Origin: Pseudomonadota bacterium
GTDB taxonomy: Bacteria > Pseudomonadota > Alphaproteobacteria > Caulobacterales > Caulobacteraceae
Reading direction: 5' to 3'
Assembly: GCA_023432855.1 (NCBI GenBank)
Contig: JAEZEZ010000019.1
Span: 2,988-66,987 of the forward strand
Length of the DNA stretch: 64,000 bases
Each line of letters opens with the position of its first letter. Positions within the stretch are counted from its first letter, which is position 1. The notes beneath the pieces were generated by a model. The model was not told the origin of the DNA. It saw only the letters and a list, made by a program, of their open reading frames with translations, and searched no databases. This document shows, piece after piece, positions 62,768 through 64,000 of this stretch. Made by a program: the position numbers and the translations under genes.

Positions 62768-64000
62768 CCGCGACCAACGACTTCGTCGTCAAGTTCGCCA
62801 ACGTCAACGGATCTGGATCGGCCTCGGCCAACTCGCTCTTCGCGCGCTCCATCCTGCGCATGGGCGTCCCGGTCGCCGCGCGAAACATCTTTCCCTCCAA
62901 CATTCAGGGCCTGCCGACCTGGTACGAGGTCAGGGTCTGCGAAGCGGGCTGGCTGGGACGACGGGGCGGGGTCGACCTGATGGTCGCCATGAACCCGCAG
63001 ACCTGGGACCGCGACGTCGCCGAGATCGAGCCGGGCGGCTATCTCTTCTACGACTCCACCAAGCCGATCCCCGGATCGAGATTCCGCTCGGACGTCACCG
63101 TACTGGGCGTGCCGCTCACGCGGCTTACCAACGCCGCCTACACGGATCCCCGCCAGCGGCAGCTGTTCAAGAACATCATCTATGTCGGCGCCCTCGCCTT
63201 CCTCCTGGGTGTGGAAACAGCGGTGATCGAGCAGCTGCTGGCAGAGCAGTTCGCGGCCAAGCCGAAGCTCGTGCCGGCCAACGTCGAGGCCCTGAAGATG
63301 GGCTCGGACTGGGCGGCGGAAAACCTGCAGCCGATCGGCCTCAGGGTCACGCGCGCCGACCGGGTCGGCGATCGCATCTTCGTCGAGGGAAACAATGCTG
63401 CGGCCCTGGGCGCGGTCTACGGCGGAGCGACGGTTTGCGCCTGGTATCCGATCACGCCGTCGACCTCGCTGGCCGAGGCCTTCACCGAGTACTGCCACGC
63501 GCTGAGGATCGATCCCGACACCGGTGAAGCGCGCTTCGCCATCGTGCAGGCCGAGGACGAGATCGCCTCCATCGGCATCGTCGTGGGCGCAAGCTGGAAC
63601 GGCGCGCGGGCCTTCACCTGCACATCGGGGCCGGGCGTCAGCCTGATGCAGGAGTTCATCGGCCTGTCCTATTTCGCCGAGATTCCCGCCGTCATCTTCG
63701 ACGTCCAGCGGGGCGGACCGTCCACCGGGATGCCGACGCGCACCCAGCAGTCCGACCTGCTGCTCGCGGCCTACGCCAGTCACGGCGACACCAAGCACGT
63801 CCTGCTGCTGCCCATGGACCCGGGAGAATGCTTCGAGTTCGGCGCCCTGGCCTTCGACCTCGCCGACCGCCTGCAGACCACGGTCTTCGTCATGCTCGAC
63901 CTCGACATCGGCATGAACGACTGGCTGACCAGGCCCTTCGCCTGGGATGACGGGCGCGGGCTGGACCGGGGCAAGGTCATGACGGCCGAGATGCTGGAGG
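62752..64000 (+). CDS. 2-oxoacid:acceptor (ferredoxin) oxidoreductase alpha subunit (fused gamma-alpha type), 5-prime partial; continues past the window end
   Basis: It is not in the ORF track because there is no stop in the window. Hand translation from ATG 62752 gives MPGALTATNDFVVKFANVNGSGSASANSLFARSILRMGVPVAARNIFPSNIQGLPTWYEVRV ... GNNAAALGAVYGGATVCAWYPITPSTS ... DVQRGGPSTGMPT, the classic KorA/OFOR alpha pattern. Confidence 0.85.
   Translation, partial: MPGALTATNDFVVKFANVNGSGSASANSLFARSILRMGVPVAARNIFPSNIQGLPTWYEVRVCEAGWLGRRGGVDLMVAMNPQTWDRDVAEIEPGGYLFYDSTKPIPGSRFRSDVTVLGVPLTRLTNAAYTDPRQRQLFKNIIYVGALAFLLGVETAVIEQLLAEQFAAKPKLVPANVEALKMGSDWAAENLQPIGLRVTRADRVGDRIFVEGNNAAALGAVYGGATVCAWYPITPSTSLAEAFTEYCHALRIDPDTGEARFAIVQAEDEIASIGIVVGASWNGARAFTCTSGPGVSLMQEFIGLSYFAEIPAVIFDVQRGGPSTGMPTRTQQSDLLLAAYASHGDTKHVLLLPMDPGECFEFGALAFDLADRLQTTVFVMLDLDIGMNDWLTRPFAWDDGRGLDRGKVMTAEMLE

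Noticed and set aside
62739-63527. Track ORF 62739..63527 + (262 aa, MRGRHARGTDRDQ...).
   Set aside because: It is in the wrong frame. The frame starting at ATG 62752 gives an unmistakable 2-oxoacid:ferredoxin oxidoreductase alpha sequence that stays open to the window end.

Overview
This is a high-GC alphaproteobacterial chromosomal window. Its gene content and local synteny look Caulobacteraceae-like: a tacA-like sigma54 activator a few genes from gapR, plus cpdR, an orphan motA and imuA-imuB-dnaE2. I call about 57 protein-coding genes, including two the ORF track does not show: rpmJ, which is below the length cutoff, and a korA-like gene that runs off the right edge. I also call one truncated and frameshifted prs-like pseudogene, tRNA-Val(GAC), several intrinsic terminators, an alphaproteobacterial SOS box (GTTC-N7-GTTC) at imuA, and two back-to-back RpoE/ChrR-type ECF promoters. 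Most of the window is ordinary core metabolism, transport and envelope genes. Two regions stand out. (1) A 13.5 kb plus-strand operon at 28373-41846 encodes a TpsB (ShlB/FhaC-type) transporter, a 2900-aa TpsA exoprotein built from about ten 154-176-aa tandem modules, and a Sec-signal-bearing TPR+CHAT (caspase-fold) protein. All three are joined by ATGA stop/start overlaps. The operon lies divergent to the SOS mutagenesis cassette. This three-partner TPS arrangement is my best candidate for an uncharacterised system. (2) A roughly 650-bp gene-free region between convergent genes (5104-5751) is packed with direct, helically phased and inverted repeats sharing a CTGTT core, next to the decayed prs-like gene. 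Many long ORFs in the supplied track are antisense or off-frame shadow ORFs typical of high-GC DNA and were rejected. All family assignments come from reading the translations by eye; no database search was run.
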